Below, piece by piece: positions 24,501-33,600 of a DNA stretch of 64,000 nucleotides (position 1 is the first letter of the stretch; the number at the start of each line of letters is the position of its first letter). The translations under genes and the position numbers were made by a program. The stretch lies in assembly GCA_009859145.1 (NCBI GenBank), contig VRVR01000019.1:301757-365756 (forward strand), written 5' to 3'. The notes below the pieces were generated by a model that saw nothing but the letters and a program-made list of their open reading frames with translations, did no database searches and was not told the DNA's origin. The DNA comes from Andalucia godoyi And28 (Eukaryota > Protista > Jakobida).

Positions 24501-26464
24501 CCTGAAAGAAGAGGGTCTTTGTCAAAAACGCCCCAGAATTCCTCGTGAAAATCCCGAAAAGAGAGAGTTTCTGGTGCAAGAGAAACGCTTCGGTATCGAG
24601 GAGGGATACTGAATTTCGTGGATGATGGCGCCAAGAGAGAATCCAGAGAAATACTGGGAAAGCATTGAGAGTCCAACGAAAACGAAGTCAGATAGTTCTT
24701 GTCATGCAGGACATCGCCGAAGCAGTGACTCGACAGGGTTCTGAACCAACTGCGTTTTTCTGCCAAGGACGGAAAGATTAAAACGATCTTCTCTACCGCC
24801 GGCTGCAGCATTTCCACGACCAGGGCTTCATCATTCGGGTACTTCTTGCGATAGTCCAGAGGAACAGTCCAGCTAGAAACCTTGCAGTATTTCAATTCGA
24901 AAACGAGCTTGGGAGGCTCCGTTTTGGACGCGGGGCTCTTCTGTGTCTTGGTCGAACCTCGGAAAACCAGCAACCGTGCAACTCCAGCGTCAATGTCGCA
25001 GCGAACCAGTCGCAGCGAAATCTTTTTTAGCCTCTCATGTTGAGACACGTTCAGGAAACCCTGTCTTGTTGGCAGCACGGAGCCAACAACTGGAGGTAGA
25101 TCGTTCATGGAAACAGAGACATCTGGCATGGGAGCAAAAGACGGTGTCTGCACTTGCATCACCAATCGATTGAACTTCTTTTGCAATTGATATTTCCAGT
25201 GCAACGCGTATGGAGACACGAGAGCCGTCTCCGATGGAGTCAAGTCCTTGAACACAATCGGCGCATACGTTGGAGTGGAGACCTCATTTTCGAGCTCATG
25301 CGGCATTCCAGAAAGTTCAAAAGAGGATGATCCAATCGAGGAGGGAGAGGAAAGTGTTGAAGATGCATGATCATTCGATTCATCACTCTCTGGAATTTCA
25401 ATATGCGGCGGAATGGTTCTCGTAGGGGACACCGTGGTAATGATTCGATTCGATGCAAACGCGCCCTTGGGAGAAGATGCTGTCTGCTGCGCGCGCGAAG
25501 ACACGGTATCGGTCAAGAAAGCTGAGGAACTTGGCCGATCAAGAACAGTGGGGGGTGCTTGTGAGCAGAAACCAGGAGGGCTAGGTTTTGAAGTAACCGA
25601 CGCAGATCGCCGTAACAACGGGGAATCAGGCGACGGTCTCCACAGCGACGGTTTTCGAAAAGACGTAGTTGTAGAAGATGAAACTGTAGAAGAGGAAGAA
25701 GAAGAAAAGGCGGTGGCGGAAAGAGGAGACGTCGCCAAAGGACTCCTTAGTTCTACGGCGAGCTCGGAAACTGCATGTGTACACCCGCTGTCAACATGCT
25801 CATCTCCATTGCGATTTCCATACGCGTCACGAAGTTTGCTCAAATTGGTGCTGTCGTCGACAGTGTCCTGTGCAACGGAGTGAACCGAGAGGAACGGCGC
25901 AGGGTCCATCCTCAAGAATCTGCACACATGCTGGATGAGTGGGTTAATGTACATCGAATCCAGATCGTTCCGAAGAACGAATCTCACGACAGACGCTCGG
26001 ATGTCCTCCACGCGCTTAACAACCAGTTTGTCTTCCCTACCATTTCCAATGTCGACGGAAAGAGAGAGGCAGTCCGGAATCTTCTGCAATTCATCATTCA
26101 GCGTAGCAATCTGCAGCTTCAAATCCTCTGCAAACGATTTTCTCCAGGAATCCGCAGCACCAAACTCTGGCAGCAACCGCATCACGCCATCATCTCCAAT
26201 GTTGCTGATGTCCATACGATCTGTCTTATGCAATAACACGTCATTTTCAGGTGATAGGTTCGTCGGAAGCAATCCGATGACTCTTTGCTTGTCTTTTCTG
26301 TCGACTACCGGACGATCACAGTCCGGCGACGTTGTGGTAGGATAACCCGGAGACTTGATTTCTGCAAGACACGATGCTTGCATAAGCTGCTTTAGACGAG
26401 CAGCAGCCGAGCTTCCGTCTTCAGATGCAGACGAAAATGTCCTTTGGGTGCCCGTTTTAGCCAT
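21509..26464 (-). CDS. PH-domain + CLU (clustered-mitochondria)-domain protein with helical/TPR-like C-terminus
   Basis: Likely start MAKTGTQ. PH-like KLVFELK..IFPSLAEKRSWFRTL. CLU-like LRTPVVCCVDYISHRF, KKLRLARHQV, RTRVLRFEFL, RMHAAGINVRHLGKV, VEMIARTVK. Confidence 0.75.
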   Translation of the reverse strand: MAKTGTQRTFSSASEDGSSAAARLKQLMQASCLAEIKSPGYPTTTSPDCDRPVVDRKDKQRVIGLLPTNLSPENDVLLHKTDRMDISNIGDDGVMRLLPEFGAADSWRKSFAEDLKLQIATLNDELQKIPDCLSLSVDIGNGREDKLVVKRVEDIRASVVRFVLRNDLDSMYINPLIQHVCRFLRMDPAPFLSVHSVAQDTVDDSTNLSKLRDAYGNRNGDEHVDSGCTHAVSELAVELRSPLATSPLSATAFSSSSSSTVSSSTTTSFRKPSLWRPSPDSPLLRRSASVTSKPSPPGFCSQAPPTVLDRPSSSAFLTDTVSSRAQQTASSPKGAFASNRIITTVSPTRTIPPHIEIPESDESNDHASSTLSSPSSIGSSSFELSGMPHELENEVSTPTYAPIVFKDLTPSETALVSPYALHWKYQLQKKFNRLVMQVQTPSFAPMPDVSVSMNDLPPVVGSVLPTRQGFLNVSQHERLKKISLRLVRCDIDAGVARLLVFRGSTKTQKSPASKTEPPKLVFELKYCKVSSWTVPLDYRKKYPNDEALVVEMLQPAVEKIVLIFPSLAEKRSWFRTLSSHCFGDVLHDKNYLTSFSLDSQCFPSISLDSLLAPSSTKFSIPPRYRSVSLAPETLSFRDFHEEFWGVFDKDPLLSGPSRILELAGVYCDFVSRCRQTAEMIVSALLKIRGTGPVTYEAVKDRLASAVPPSLAIIASPDFVDVFDSIGHIVLRHYFGYAGEVDEPFLLQYRDHIMHKMLGIEMNAHSNFVAQLQPGSQLRTPVVCCVDYISHRFMCTAVPPFDSGSLLKFGCLSSGAFVSQAEPRRLLRDTCKKLRLARHQVSVGTGRHVTLRSSRHTLVYAGNDSHAYVVHLGVCRPVDASASNLVDYGDPAVQNKASVTRTRVLRFEFLQNCGISLSPDAFEDVGDTADRSMHVEECRRAASHLMDVVIPTFVRSIEESSSLLRFGFSGYRFCHDSRFAHGSLLDLIDGTELVRRMHAAGINVRHLGKVAQVCTCRYLRELCHVEMIARTVKIIWSSMIRSLLPGVPPSAEVLRLLNLVFGGSADSRQFWLNTLLPAVERKFYYPTTAIRRDYYARMPLLHAINLHIGVQLADDSAIEFGSILPFHASLCSAVQFVSTSKMLDLSADLPALSSFASTYNENDLIPLVASRIYFARSVNGYYSIEMVKVLIESALHLHALQETSAQTQGLELQSMRCALGILTMMKESGSPMFVHCLGILVRLNVGSGRSAVVPWFRKISDSNLWLGRASHPSIVTYAISALEVADKFDASFLFRRALEIVTEHYAIAASITDRLCVAFLKRTFLTSCKRRQYGTAIVRYLYSRMSVLREHHADYVMRGAFLDEHWVEDLQIMAFFFSAISKPLDSLWCLERAAYIAKSRNGPFSSVHIELLHRSLTAAIESRNSGRELMVRNELIALFQDLYCFIQQRIERLRQMNEAGVIGIHNTLDCDSDEESLLSPAARTAFLPQQVPALFARPAERFAEQYWGLHPDLDVFRGSQTASSSDQSTDAAGGRMSELEEGARRVRSFLMLHLRKAVAAKRVLLPPELARIAEIDCATHRSVPDALSLQESLLQTFIQPGKSAFISDLLENFLTEALHLMNDVNVFRRINQQKLSDVLDAATVLLRFSEGV

Positions 26465-26496
26465 TTCCTGTGCGAACAAGAATGCACCACGCACAC

Positions 26497-26823
26497 CTAA
26501 AATAAAACCCCCAGCGCGAGAGCTAATGCGATCTGGTTTGATGAAACTATGCACGTACACTCCCTGCTATGACGAATGAATTCTTTGGCCAATTTGTCAA
26601 CAAAAACCGACACCAAACCCAAAAGTGCTTGGGTTGCCATCAGAATAGAGTCTGTACTACGGCGGGCATAGCTATGGTGGACTGCGTCTGTTAGAGTGGT
26701 ATCCAGTGAAACCGAAACATAGACTCGCGGATGCCGTTGAAGGAGGCGTCGGATTCTAGTGCTGTAACCGTTTCTTCTGTGATGCAATAATGGTAACTCG
26801 CGGCTGATTCCCGCTGCAGTCAT
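26497..26823 (-). CDS. Possible small histone-fold-like protein (tentative)
   Basis: YSTRIRRLLQRHP...LLGLVSVFVDKLAKEFIRHSRECTCIVSSNQIALAL resembles H2B/CENP-W-type helices. It ends only 33 bp before the next ATG. Confidence 0.22.
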   Translation of the reverse strand: MTAAGISRELPLLHHRRNGYSTRIRRLLQRHPRVYVSVSLDTTLTDAVHHSYARRSTDSILMATQALLGLVSVFVDKLAKEFIRHSRECTCIVSSNQIALALALGVLF

Positions 26824-27694
26824 AAGGCTGACTACTTGACGATCATGTATTCGTACCGAGAAAACTTACTGTCGTAAGTTTGTTCTTGGTTATGTCACCG
26901 TTAACATCTCACTAACATGACATAACTCCAAGAGACAGGCGCGAGGTCTGGCATTGTCGTGCTGCTGCTTTTTTACTGGTGACGACTCGGGTCGTTTGAA
27001 GAAATGCATGGATTGACCGAGGGGAGGGGGGGAGAGTCACTGACAGGCCCGTTGCGAACAGGAGGCGGCAGCAGGCCGATACACGCTACACCAAAAAAAA
27101 AAAAAAACGGAAAAAAGAGAAAGGGGGGACGGACGACAAATAAAGCAATTATTTAATTAGTTTTATTGAAAAACATAATTAAAGCAAATGACACGGGAAG
27201 GGCTGTCAGGATTCTGAGAATTGGTTATTATGTGTTTTGTGCTGCATGCATTCTTCGGGGGGTCGGAAAGGTGCACAACGGGCTTTATTAAAGAGGAGCT
27301 GAGATGAAAGATATCGTGTTTGCGGGCGGGAATGAGTTGAGGGAAGAAGACCATTGTTGATCGTATTGGTTCAATCGCTACAACATGCTGAACACCTCCC
27401 ACAAGTCCCCCGAGTTGTCTTGTCGACCGTCTGTTGAGGTATCGAAGGATTCACACACAGCATCCCAACATCGAGACACACTTGCAGGGCTGCACAGGGT
27501 TACTTGGCGGCCGTTCATCCACCGCATTCAGAATCCCGCTCCGCTTCGTCGCCGTTCTGTTTTTCTTTTTAAATTAAAAAAAAGTGGTCTCGCAATTCTG
27601 CGGGGCGTAAAAGCTGCTGTGCATCATCTCTGAGATAATCACATAGTCTTCATGGATAGACATCATCACATAAAGTTCAAGCAACTGTGGTCTT

Positions 27695-28312
27695 TCATTT
27701 TCCGGCAAGCTTTTCAATGACGACGACGGACGGTGCAGTGTCCTTGTTCAGTCGCTTGAACCAGACTGTGTCAAAAGCGTTATAATCCAACGAGCTGGTG
27801 AAGTTGCACACGGCCTTTTCTTCGAGTCTGCCTTCGGGATGCCCTGGATAGCATGTGACGCACACGAGTCCCTGATTCCGAACGAGCTTCAGCGCGTTGG
27901 ACAAACTCCGGAGCGTCGAATCCGTCATGGTTGTTACCGACTTGTCGGTTCCCGGAAGATATCCAAGGTTGTACACGACAAGTGCCACTTCTTCCGTCGT
28001 CAAGAATGCCGGAAACTCTTCGTGCGATGCGCGGAGCATCGTCAGCCGAGGCCGATATTGGACTGCTCCGTGCTGTACAAACGTCTCAATCGTCCTTGAT
28101 GTTGCCTCGATCGCCTGTTGCTGAATGTCCATCGCAACCACATGGGAATCCTGTGTCCTGGAAAGCATTTGATACATGCACAGGGTGTCTTTCCCATTAC
28201 CACACGTGGCGTCGACTGCGGTGCATCCTGGACGGACTGCCTTTTCCCATAGCGCGTGAACAAATGGAAGATGGGATGGGATGATCCCCCTTCTGCGGGG
28301 TGAGATGTTCAT
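27695..28312 (-). CDS. MnmM/YtqB-type class I SAM-dependent RNA methyltransferase
   Basis: AVDATCGNGKDTL, AMDIQQQAI, SHE, YNLGYLPGTDKSVTT..ST, ALKLV..GLVCVTCYPGHPEGRLE. Confidence 0.88.
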   Translation of the reverse strand: MNISPRRRGIIPSHLPFVHALWEKAVRPGCTAVDATCGNGKDTLCMYQMLSRTQDSHVVAMDIQQQAIEATSRTIETFVQHGAVQYRPRLTMLRASHEEFPAFLTTEEVALVVYNLGYLPGTDKSVTTMTDSTLRSLSNALKLVRNQGLVCVTCYPGHPEGRLEEKAVCNFTSSLDYNAFDTVWFKRLNKDTAPSVVVIEKLAGK

Positions 28313-28597
28313 TTTCTTTCTTTCTTTTTTTTCTTTCTTCTTCTTTTAAAATACAATTTTACACGATTCTCTTATCTTGCGGTTGGCTGGTACAATGCAC
28401 TGCAAAAAACAGTGTCGGAGATATAGGGAATTGAACAGAAAAAGCAGACGGACCAACCGCACGAGAGCACGAGAGCATCAAGAGAAGGCGGAAGAGGAAG
28501 AGGATAGACGGTCGACCGTTGAATAATAACACGTCATTGTCATGCATACGGGAAAGTATACATTAACAGATACGGTCAATACTGGCTGACACTAGCA

Positions 28598-28933
28598 TGT
28601 TTGTTTCACAGGAATCCGTGCTTACGCACGCTCGGCCAAAATTCAGCCTGCGACACAGGCTCCGCATTTTCGACACTCTGTAAGGCAGCATCCGTAGCCA
28701 TCTATTCTATCATTCGTTGGTTTCACTTTTTTGCAGCGTTTGTTCCATAAGGCGACCGAGTATCGCGAGCGGCGCAAGCAAAGTGTTTGCATGTCCCGCG
28801 TGCAGCTCGCAGATTGATCGAAATTGGGAACGGAGCGCGGAGCATTTATCTGAAGAACGCCGTGGGGGCGTGTTGGGGCCTATCCCCTTCCCGGCAACGG
28901 GATGCAAAGTTGAATATGCGTGTCTATTCATAG
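28598..28933 (+). pseudogene. Degenerate, internally deleted Fanzor2/IS607-TnpB nuclease relic
   Basis: Fragments in shifting frames: IIRWFHF (about 28709-28729), QRLFHKATEY (28734-28763), SGASKVFACPACSSQIDRNW (28768-28827), then +1 G, then NGARSIYLKN (28829-28858), stop TAG 28931-28933. These match the W.HY.F.QRL.HKA.EY and GSKVF.CP.C...DRD.NGARNI.L consensus. Confidence 0.72.
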
Positions 28934-28961
28934 ATATACACGTTCAGTGTATGATGTAGGC
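28878..28961 (+). ncRNA. Putative omegaRNA-like structured RNA at the 3' end of the Fanzor relic
   Basis: Closing stem GCCTAT(28878-83)/GTAGGC(28956-61) encloses TCCCG-GCAA-CGGGA (28889-902), TGAATA/TATTCA (28911-30) and ATACAC/GTGTAT (28936-52). Confidence 0.5.
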
Positions 28962-29612
28962 GTCACATGAAAAAAAATAATAAAATAAAAACATAAAATG
29001 AATGAATAAACACAGGTGATACATTATGACATGGTGTTAAAACGTCGTAGTCGAAAAAGGAGGCGGTCAATTTCGTGCACCGAAAGCCATTGATTCCCAA
29101 TGGCTGTGCGCGCGCGCTGTCTTTGCTGTTACGGATATAGATTTTTTTTTGTAGGATGCCGCAGCAAGCAAACCATGCCCGAATCCCGCCACCCCCATCG
29201 ATCGGGTTTTACCCGAAAATGCCGATGTTTGACGCCCCTGATGGGTGGTGTCAGAATCCCCAATTCGGGGATGGCGCTGGGGGAATCTCAAAAAAGCCAA
29301 AAAGCCTTTCGAAGCCAAAAAAGCCAAAGGCATGGAGAAGGAAAAACGCTCGATTAAAAGCAGGATCGATTTTCCAAATCCTTTTTCCTTTTCTTTTCTT
29401 CTTCACTTTATTATAATATATATACATATATATATATATATATATTATATTATAATATTACTTCTTCTTGTTTTCATTACTTCTTTTTTTTTTAAATAAT
29501 AATTCAAAAAGAATTAAAGCCAACTGACTTGCGGTTTTTCTTTGTCTTCCGTTCTTCAGCATTTTGTGTCGTGCTTGTGCATCGTAAGCATTTGAAGAAC
29601 AGAAGGAGGAAC

Positions 29613-30308
29613 ATGTACGGTAATCAAGCGTATGGACAGCAGCCGGCAGCACAGCCTCAGCCGTACGGTCAGCCACAGCAGCAGGCTTATGGCCAGCCGC
29701 AGCAGTCGCAACCGTATGTTGCGTCTCCCGCAACGGGGGCCCAGATGAATAACTGGTCGTCTGGACTGTGTTCGTGTTTTGAGAATTTTGGAACATGCTG
29801 CTATGGAACGTTTTGCTATGGATTTCTGTCTGCGGATCTGCGCGCCAAGGTTGAGGGGCGCGAGTCCGAGTTTGGGGATATATGCCTTGGCTGCATTCTC
29901 TGCATCTGCACATACGGATGTGGACTTTGGTGCTGCAACTCGATTATAGATTATGACGTACGCCAGAAAATCAGAAGCCAGTTTGCATTCCCAGAGGCTG
30001 CCGGAGCAGACTTTGCAATCAGTCTCTTCTGCTGCTTCTGCGGGGCTTGCCAGGCTTCGCGCGAGCTGGATGCTCGAATGACATCTGCCGCCGCTCTCGT
30101 ACTGGTCAGTCAGTACGGACAGCCGGCGCCGCAGCCGCAGGCATACGGACAGCCGCAGCCGTATGGCCAGCCGCAGCAGCAGCAACAACCGTATGGCCAA
30201 CCCCAGCCTTATGGCCAGCCGCAGCCCTACGGGCAGCCACAGCAGCAGCAACAACCGTATGGCCAACCCCAGCCGTATGGCCAGCCGCAACCGTACGGAA
30301 AAGGTTAA
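29613..30308 (+). CDS. PLAC8 (Cys-rich) domain protein with QPYGQ repeats at both ends
   Basis: [49 protein letters not shown]. Start MYGNQ at 29613. Confidence 0.9.
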   Translation: MYGNQAYGQQPAAQPQPYGQPQQQAYGQPQQSQPYVASPATGAQMNNWSSGLCSCFENFGTCCYGTFCYGFLSADLRAKVEGRESEFGDICLGCILCICTYGCGLWCCNSIIDYDVRQKIRSQFAFPEAAGADFAISLFCCFCGACQASRELDARMTSAAALVLVSQYGQPAPQPQAYGQPQPYGQPQQQQQPYGQPQPYGQPQPYGQPQQQQQPYGQPQPYGQPQPYGKG

Positions 30309-30614
30309 GATTCAACGGCTTGCGTTTCTTCCATTCCCGTTCTCGTTCTCGTTCCCTTTCCCGTTTTCTTCTTTTGCCGTGGACCGTTTAGCATCTCGAG
30401 TGGTTTGTGTTCCGGGAATTCGTTAATTGGTATTCTTGGTACATACTGCATGTGCAATTGCGTCTCTGAAATAATGTTTTAATTAAAAAAGAAAAAAAAA
30501 AAGAAAAAAAAAAGAAAAAACAAGAAAAGCTGTGGTTAACAAAAGGAAATGGAAAGCCTTGCGAATCAAAAGATAAGCAGGCATCGATAACAGGAGGGGC
30601 AGTGGGGAATGATG

Positions 30615-33600
30615 CTACACGCCATGAACTTCAACGTCAAACGACAACAGGTACTGGACGTGGAGGAGCGCTTCGAGTTTGCCAGAGGCCTCTTCATACA
30701 TGCCCGTGCCAAAGCCACGCTGTCGTCTCCACATTCGAAGCAGACCACGAAGATTCTCTCGACGCAGCGAAGGATGTGCTGCGCCAGCATCCCATGATTG
30801 CTGGACCATGCGGCGGATGGATTCCGACGAAAAATGGTCTTCCCAGTTGCGAGAAACAAATATTTCAAACAATTCGTCCCACAAGATGTCGTCATCATCC
30901 ACATTCATTTCGGTGGACACCGTGGGACCAAGTACTCTCGTAGCTGCGGCACGCACATCGTCGATCGTCGACGTCGCTTGCAAAGATTGCGAATTCGATG
31001 CAGGAGCAGGAGCAGGAGCAGGAGCAGGGCTCGATGGCAAGGAATACAGCGGCTCCAACGCGAACAGCCAGTCCAACCGTCCATCCAATACAAACAACTG
31101 AACACGCTTGATCTGCAGCAAAGGCTCCAGAATACAGTGATCGGAAACGATCCGGTGCATCCGGTGCAACTGCGCACCACTGACTGGTGCCATGAGCATG
31201 TGCTCAATCAACTGCGCGCACATGTGAGAGAACAACGTGTACGAGTTCGACACGTCAATCATGGCCAACGCATAGTCCGACACACAAGAACGGAGCTGCA
31301 GGAGGACGCTTGCCAGATGGCGGACATACGTTGCAAGGCGTTCTGCAACAATTGACAGTACCGACCGACTGCCATGGCTGGGGCTCACCAAGCAAATATC
31401 ACAGAGGAGCGTCACCACAGATTGATCGTGCTGCAGCCGCAAAGAAGAGAAAGCGTCGACAAAATGTCGAACCATTTGCATTCTCCAAATCGACGATTCA
31501 AAGACGGATCGGACAATCCTGTCTGACATGAACAAAGGGATCATTTGCTTCAAGAATCGCTGACCAAGTGGATACGACAACAGCTCACCAAGCACATCCA
31601 TGTACACCATGGGGTGATACTCGACAACCAGATCCTCCGCAATCGGCAGCTCTGTAATGTCACGAGTGCCAAACAATAAACAGGAAAGTCGGACAGTGTC
31701 TCCATTGGCTGCGAAGAACACGCAGATGTCCCTTCGAACTGCAAAAAAGGGATCGTGTTTGAAATTAGAAATAGATTTCCAAAATGCCTGCGCAGCCTGG
31801 AACATGACTTCACTGACTTTGGCAATATCAGAGGACGTGGGAAAGGCGAGGGCATCAACGCTCGTCAGTGAAGACAAGTGTATGTTTCTTGAGCGATAGC
31901 CAACGGAAGACACTTTCAGGAGCAGGCCCAGAACTTGCAGATGGTTCCCCCAATGCCCGCGAAATTGCAATCTGTCCATGCCAGCAAATTTGTTCAGCGC
32001 CGCGACGGAATACGAACACAATTCGACCGCAACGTCCAGAGGCACAGGATTGAATCGTCCGTAAGAGAGTGCATCAAAAAAGAACGCGTACTTCATGTCT
32101 ACAGTCTTGACATCGAACGCATGCAGGCACAATTTTTCACGCACCACTTGATAGAAGGAAGCACCGTAGGTCCAAAACACACGTTGAACGTTTGGATGCA
32201 GCAGAAACGAATGAAGTGCGACGGACACATCGTCCACGTTGACATGCGGAGTATTTGAGCTAATTGCACGCAGCATCGTGTTGAGTAGCCCGGAGCGAAA
32301 AATAAATGGAAGAATGTCGTCCAATTCGTCCGATTCCAATACATTTGGGACCACAAACACCGAGAACGTACGAATCAGCCAGTAGACGCACTCGCTCGCC
32401 GGTGCGGGGACAGGGTGTGGCTGAATGAGAGTGCCGAGGATCGCAGACAGCACCGGCGCATACGTCTTGAAAACCCCAAGTACTACCGACGATGGAGAGG
32501 ATTTGCAGATGTGGTGGAAGACAGAGAGCGTTGGGGCAAGATACAGCATGGAGTGCTTGTGAGAAAACGTGACGCCATTTCTGACCAGCAGCTGCATGAC
32601 CGTCTTCAGAGGAATCTCGTCTTGTGCCCTTGAAACATTTGGATCAAACCGAAATCTGCTGAATCTCAAGACAAAACATGCGACCATTTTCACGTTCGTT
32701 GCGCCAACGGAGTCATGCGCCGTTTGGAAGTACTTGAAGAAGGTGGAAAACAAAAACGAAAAAGATTCCACGAAGCAAAGTGGCAGGCCGACTGAGGAAT
32801 ATATTCTGTCCAATTCCGTGGCAACACCGTCAAGAAGCAACCGAAGCTTCAGATCCCGTATCGCATGGTATTCCGTGGGGACCCAGGGCATGTGCTCTGC
32901 GTGGGTGGGATAAAATCCCCAGAAATTGGAAGCAACCTGGAGTATCTGATCAATTTCTGCGTGCAGAGTTAGTTCGCCAAACTGGAGTGCAGGAGAAAAT
33001 CGCGCATACTCCAGAGTTCGGGTTCTGCGCCGATGAGCGAGCATAGACAAACAAATCTCCACTGTGCTGTCCACCAAGCTTGAAAACAGTTCCGGGCAAA
33101 ATTCGTCATCAAAGGAGGAAACGATGTCGGCATCAAATACTCGCTGAATAAGCAGCAGCACAGTCGATATGATGCTTCCGGACTCTAGCGTCGACGAAGG
33201 CGTTCCGCGTTCAACGGACGGCGACTGTCCCATTTCCACTGATGCTGATGTGGGGAATGAAGAAGTGGGCGCAGTTACTGTACGACCCGATGCTTGGCCA
33301 GCGGATGGCAGCGGTCGAACAAACGCCAGCGCTGTTTCTCGATTGTGTTCCCATTTCAGAGCCGTCTGAAGAACCTGCAATGTTCTGCAGAAAAATCGCG
33401 TTGGGATTCCGACAGTCGAGTTGCGCAGAAAGAATGTCAGCAATGCGTCCGCCACGCCGATGCATGCCCCCGACCAATACGGCATCTTGTCTGCAAACGG
33501 CGACGGTTCAATATCCAAAGAAAAAGGAGAGGCGCTCGAAGAATCGGCGGAGTATTCAAATCTATCAACTGACAGTATTTCGTTCACGTCGAAGTCCAAC

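Noticed and set aside
27402-27606. RNase MRP P4-like halves (CAAGTCCCCCG ... CGGGGC)
   Set aside because: The 3' half lacks the conserved U, an internal T-run would stop Pol III, and no P1 helix was found.
28717-28959. 80-aa ORF with apparent CSVC...CPAC zinc ribbon as an intact gene
   Set aside because: The CSVC comes from an off-frame reading of the QRLFHKA segment; the motifs only join across frameshifts, so the region is a relic.
29634-30300. Repeats as a CRISPR-like array
   Set aside because: They are in-frame coding QPYGQ repeats with no unique spacers.
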